A stretch of DNA of 63,474 nucleotides, filler included, from Thraustochytrium aureum (lineage: Eukaryota), in assembly GCA_012862495.1 (NCBI GenBank). It is 10 parts of 6 records of this genome, joined end to end, with 100 filler letters (N's around TTAATTAATTAA, not from the genome) between each part and the next. Parts side by side here need not be neighbours in the genome. Positions count along the whole stretch, not along the records: positions 57,054 to 59,229 come from BLSG01000058.1; positions 59,330 to 60,910 come from BLSG01000059.1; positions 61,011 to 62,089 come from BLSG01000059.1; positions 62,190 to 63,474 come from BLSG01000059.1; 6 more parts are not named here. One strand, written 5' to 3'. Numbering within the stretch: position 1 is the stretch's first letter; each line of letters opens with the position of its first letter. Positions 59,145 through 63,474 of this stretch are shown piece by piece. The position numbers and the translations under genes are program-made. The notes beneath the pieces were generated by a model, which did no database searches, was not told where the DNA came from, and worked only from the letters and a program-made list of their open reading frames with translations.

Positions 59145-59765
59145 CTGGCCCCGTCCCGGCTCTGCTCCTTCGCGCGCGCTGCTCGTCGCGCTCTCCTCGG
59201 GCTTCTGCGCCCTCGCGACCCGTCCCTGCNNNNNNNNNNNNNNNNNNNNNNNNNNNNNNNNNNNNNNNNNNNNTTAATTAATTAANNNNNNNNNNNNNNN
59301 NNNNNNNNNNNNNNNNNNNNNNNNNNNNNGCGTTACGTACGACGTGCGGCCTGTAAGTAACACCGCGCGGAGCCGCGGCGAGCTGTTCTTGGCACGCACG
59401 AAGGGTTAACTACACAAAGCGGATGTAGCTAACGAAAAGCCAGCGTTTGCGCGAAGTACACGTCGTTTTTCGTTTGTGCACGTTAGTAACAACACGCGGC
59501 GCGTGGGCGTGCCCAGGCGTGCGGGCGGGCGATTTGTTATTGACGTCGAGAGAGGTAGCTAACGGACGCGGCGGTGTGGCTGGATTTGGGTGGCGCGCCC
59601 GAGCTGGCGCAGCAAGCAGAACAGAGCGAGGACGCGCGGTGCCCGACTCCGCGCTCGCTCCTGCTCTTGGGCGAGTCTATCGCTCTTCCGGCTCGCCGTC
59701 TTGCCAACAACACAGCACAGCGCAGCGCAGCACTGCCCTGCACTGCACGGGCCGTGGGAGCGAGG

Positions 59766-60304
59766 ATGAGCCGGCCGAAGAAGCGAGGGCGCGTCCAGGT
59801 GGTCGAGTTCAACGACGAGCCCGGCGTGCCCGGGGCGCAAAAGCGCGCACGCGGGGAGGACGAGCGGGCGCGAGGGCCTCGCGAATCGACGGCCAACTTG
59901 AATGACCGCGCCATGAAGAAGAGCATGGACCAGGCGTGGGACGACGTATTAGAGTTTGGCGCGCAAAACCTCGGCAAGCGCGAGCGAAAGCGCTACGACG
60001 ACGCAAAGCTTGTGCGGCTCGGGTTCAAGCCAGCGAAAAACCCCAAGATACCGCAGCACGTCTTCTTCTCCATGAAAAAGACGCACGCCAAGCGCGAGGC
60101 CAGCAAGAAGGCCGAGGAGCTGGCGTCGGGCGTTGTTGTAGCAAAAATCCACCAAAACCAAGAGCAAGCGCAACGACAAGGAGCGGCCCCGCAAGCGCCG
60201 CGACGACTTGCACGCATGGGAGGGGGGCACGATGCGCGGGGGGGTTCTGCGGTTGCGCAGCGCAGAGTAGACGTCCGCGGCCCCCCACGGCGATGACATT
60301 GTAA
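59766..60304 (+). CDS. DUF4602 / C1orf131 (Faf1-like) ribosome-biogenesis protein (frameshift near 60150)
   Basis: Basic protein with DVLEFGAQNLGKRERKRYDDAKLVRLGFKPAKNPKIP, resembling the C1orf131 core. Confidence 0.6.
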
Positions 60305-60544
60305 CTAACGCTTTCTTTCGCTCGCTTCCCACCATTGCTCTATAGAGACAGCGACAACGGCCTCCCGCGACCTCGTCGCGCTCGATGCCGGCCCGCTCTG
60401 GCCGTGACCGACCCGCCCTGAGCCGCGCCGCCAAGGCAAGCACCCTCACTCGGCGCAGCTCCAGAGCAGCAGCTAACAAGTCTCCCCCTCTGGCCAAATT
60501 CACCGAGTTCGCCGCGCGACGACAGCAAAGGTAGAGTCGACAGT

Positions 60545-60910
60545 CTACACCTGCGCGATGCGGTGCATCTCCTGCTCGGGCGGCTCGCTCTGCGCGCCGC
60601 TCGCATCCCCCGCGCTGCTGCGCGCAACGTTCTCTTCAGGGGTGGGCGCAGCCTTGCTCGTGCAAACTGGAACAAGCAGGCGCAGAACGCAATGGCGAGG
60701 CCAATGACATTCACCCCGCCCTTGTTAGCCTCGGCCTCGCCCTCCGGCTGGTGCGCCGGCTGGTGCGGCTGAGGTTGGACCGGCTGCTGTTGGACGGACA
60801 CGTTCGGGGCACCCTGCGGCTCTGTCGGCTTGGCCGCCTCGGGGCGGGGGCCGCCCATGGCGTCCTTGAAGGCGACAACAAACATGCCGCCAGCCTCGTC
60901 TTCCTCGAAG
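60545..60910 (-). CDS. 3' fragment of a hypothetical protein with a single TM segment
   Basis: Q/P-rich stretch then VNVIGLAIAFCACLF; 5' end in gap; end uncertain. Confidence 0.35.
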
Positions 60911-61172
60911 NNNNNNNNNNNNNNNNNNNNNNNNNNNNNNNNNNNNNNNNNNNNTTAATTAATTAANNNNNNNNNNNNNNNNNNNNNNNNNNNNNNNNNN
61001 NNNNNNNNNNCTCTTCCTCGCCCGACCGCGTCGCTGACGCTGCCAGCACAAAGACACAGCCGACGGGCACCTCCCGCCGGTCCAGGGCGGCCTGGCCCTC
61101 GCGCAGGGCTTGGCGCATCCACCGCTCGTCGGCCATCGAGGCGGAAGCGGGATTGATTTCCGGCCGGCCGCG

Positions 61173-62089
61173 ATGGGGCTTTTCGGGCTCGAGGGCGGGC
61201 GAGCGTTCGGGCGCGCGCCGCCCTGGGTGGACGAGCGACTGCCGCCGGGGTTTACAAAGGACAGCGCAGTGTACGGGTCGATCTGGGAGACGGCGCGGTC
61301 AGTGGCCACGCTCGAGTACATGGTGCTCTCGCCCAACTTGGTGTGGCTCGTGGTCGCTGTTGCCGTCTATTGGCTGGCGCCGTACGACCTCGACGCGGCA
61401 GCGCGGCTGAACCCCTGGTGGGCGCTGCGGCGCGCTCTGCTCAACGTGGCTATTGTGCTGGGGTTCACTGGCGTGCTGAGCCTGGCGCTGTTCAAGACAG
61501 AGTGGGCGACGCGAAAGTTCAAGCCCGAGTCGCTGCCGACCCGCGCCCTGTTGCTGCACAATGTGGCGTACACCGTGCTTGGCGCCCTGCAGTATACGGC
61601 GTGGGAGTGCGCGTTCATGTACATGTGGGCGACAGGCACAGTGCCGTACCTGAGCGACGAGCAGGTGCTTGGGGACAGGGGTGCGATGGTGGCCACGGTG
61701 CTGCTCGTTCTGCTGGTCCCGATCTTGCGCGAGGTGCACTTTTACTTGGGCCACAGGCTGATCCACATCTTCCCCCTTTACAAGTTCATGCACGCCGTTC
61801 ACCACCGCAACGTGGACACCGAGCCGTTTTCGGGAATCGCGATGAGCCCTGCCGAGCACTTGCTGTACTTTAGCGGAGGCGCGCTGGCGCTGTACGTGCC
61901 GTGCTCTCCGTTTGTGTTTCTTTGGATCGGCCAGCACGCCTTGCTCTCCCCAGCTGGCGCACACAGCGGTTTCGAGGACGCCTGGCAGGCGGACCAGTTT
62001 CACTACATCCACCACGCCCACTTGTCGTGCAACTTTGGCGGGTGGTCGTTCCCTTTCGATGCCTGGTTTGGGACACACCGCGCTGCGCT
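61173..62089 (+). CDS. Fatty acid hydroxylase / sterol desaturase family protein; 3' end in gap
   Basis: His boxes HFYLGHRLIH, HAVHH, FHYIHH; NFG..FDAWFGT. Confidence 0.9.
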
Positions 62090-62189
62090 NNNNNNNNNNN
62101 NNNNNNNNNNNNNNNNNNNNNNNNNNNNNNNNNTTAATTAATTAANNNNNNNNNNNNNNNNNNNNNNNNNNNNNNNNNNNNNNNNNNNN

Positions 62190-62766
62190 GCTGCTGCTGC
62201 TGCTGCTGCTGCTGCGGCGGCGGCTGGGGATCACCGAGTTTGCGCGTTGGCGTGCATGGCGCAGCCGCGGTTGCTCCCAACTCGAGTTTGCGCAGGCGCG
62301 CAACAACGTCGGAGAGATCTTTGCCGAGGCGCTCGAGCTTGGCTTCTTGAGCGTGCTCGCGTCGGCGTGCGTCGCTGAGCTGCAGCTCCATGGTTGCGGA
62401 GGCCTTGCCCAGCCTTTGGCACGCCTGTTGGGTGTCGTTCACCTTGTCGCGCAAGCTCTGCACGAGACGGACCAGCACCTCGTCGTGCGCGCTCTCCTGC
62501 ATGAGCGCGCGCAGGCAGTACTCGATAGTTTCGAAAACGCTTTGCATTTGCTCTTCCTGTTTCTCCAGGCCCTCGCGCAGATTCGTGATCTGGCCCGCAG
62601 CGTCCTCGTTCTGGCTCGCCACCGCACACTTGGCGTCCTGGAACAAATTGCGCAGCTGCTCTTCGCGCGCCTCCAGCCCAGAAGCGAACGAGCGCACGCC
62701 GCAGTTGCCGTCCAGCAGGCCCTCCAGCACCATCTGCTCCTCCCCAACTGCGCTCCGCCCCGCCAT
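62190..62766 (-). CDS. Coiled-coil protein with polyQ running into the gap
   Basis: ATG 62766; heptad-rich; ends in a (CAG)n tract at the contig edge. Confidence 0.55.
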
Positions 62767-63016
62767 ATCGCCCACCAAAACGCCTCCCGCCGCTCCTCTC
62801 CCCGTCCCGCCGCTCGCCCCCCAGCCAGCCAGTCAGCTCGCCAGCTCGCCAGCCTTAGCCTTGCTTTTTCGCAGGCCGTCGCTCCGCAGCCGCCGGCAGG
62901 CACACCCCGCGCCACGTCGCCGGACCTTGGCGCGCGTGCCTGTGGCGCCCTGCTTTCGGCCCCTCCGCGCTGCGCTCTGCAGTGCCCTCCCAATGCGCGC
63001 GGCTCCTCCTCTGGCT

Positions 63017-63170
63017 GCCGCGCGGCTGCTCTGCACTGCCTGTCGCGTGCGTGTCCGCTCAGGCGCTGTCTGTCGCGCGGCTGCTCTGCACTGTCTGTGG
63101 TGCGGCCGCTCAGGCCCTGTCTGTCGCGCGGCTGCTCTGCACTGTCTGTGGCGCGGCTGCTCTGCACTGG
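63017..63170. repeat. Minisatellite built on GCGCGGCTGCTCTGCACTG (~52-55 bp period)
   Basis: Core occurs four times with shared tgtctgtcgc/cgctcaggc spacers. Confidence 0.85.
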
Positions 63171-63474
63171 CGTGCGCTGGGCGACTCGCCGCGTTGGGGG
63201 TCTGCCGCGCCCGCGGAACCGCCGGCGCCGCCGCCTCACCTTGCGCCCTATCTCTCTCTCTCCCTCTATCTCTCTATCTCTTTCCATCCACCTTGAGAGC
63301 TGCTCGCTAGCTAGTAGATGCTATGAACAGGCAGCGGCACCGCCATCATGATCACATGATCATCAGCCCTCGCGGCCACGTTCCCAGCGGAGCGTGGATC
63401 GGCGATCCCGAACCAGAACGACCAACAACGGCCGTGTCCGATCCGCCGGCCGCTCTTCTTCCGACCCAGATGGA

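Noticed and set aside
929..60304. Numerous frameshifts as programmed frameshifting or mass pseudogenisation
   Set aside because: Several sit at homopolymer runs (e.g. near 2105, 44705, 52920, 56515) in genes with intact catalytic motifs; best explained as sequencing indels, checkable against raw reads
7885..62145. Recurrent TTAATTAATTAA palindrome
   Set aside because: Always centred in N runs totalling 100 nt; an artificial all-frame-stop gap spacer

Overview
GC-rich, intron-poor eukaryotic draft scaffold. Gene content, tetranucleotide-repeat intergenic DNA and short GT-AG introns suggest a thraustochytrid/labyrinthulomycete-like stramenopile (inference). It is broken by many N gaps, nine of which carry an artificial TTAATTAATTAA spacer, and many genes have single-base frameshifts, often at homopolymers, that look like sequencing errors. 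About 28 genes or gene fragments are visible: a NOX/ferric-reductase-like oxidoreductase, an EF-hand pseudokinase, a diaphanous-type formin, a CaaX protein, a TBC Rab-GAP, a sirtuin, a mitochondrial carrier, DUF389, alkylglycerol monooxygenase, an EEP hydrolase, an arylsulfatase, PP2C, a nucleotide-sugar transporter and a sterol desaturase-family protein, among others. The most striking items are (1) an apparent 3xSH3-3xcNMP-binding-C2-helical-PI3K fusion, i.e. a candidate cyclic-nucleotide-regulated class I-like PI3-kinase; (2) a GDP-sugar transporter fused in one ORF to a beta-propeller glycosyltransferase/GH130-like domain; (3) a NOX-like protein lacking the outer-heme histidines; and (4) an IFI6/IFI27-like gene converging on a HET/TIR-like fragment. 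No rRNA, tRNA, CRISPR or transposase was recognised.
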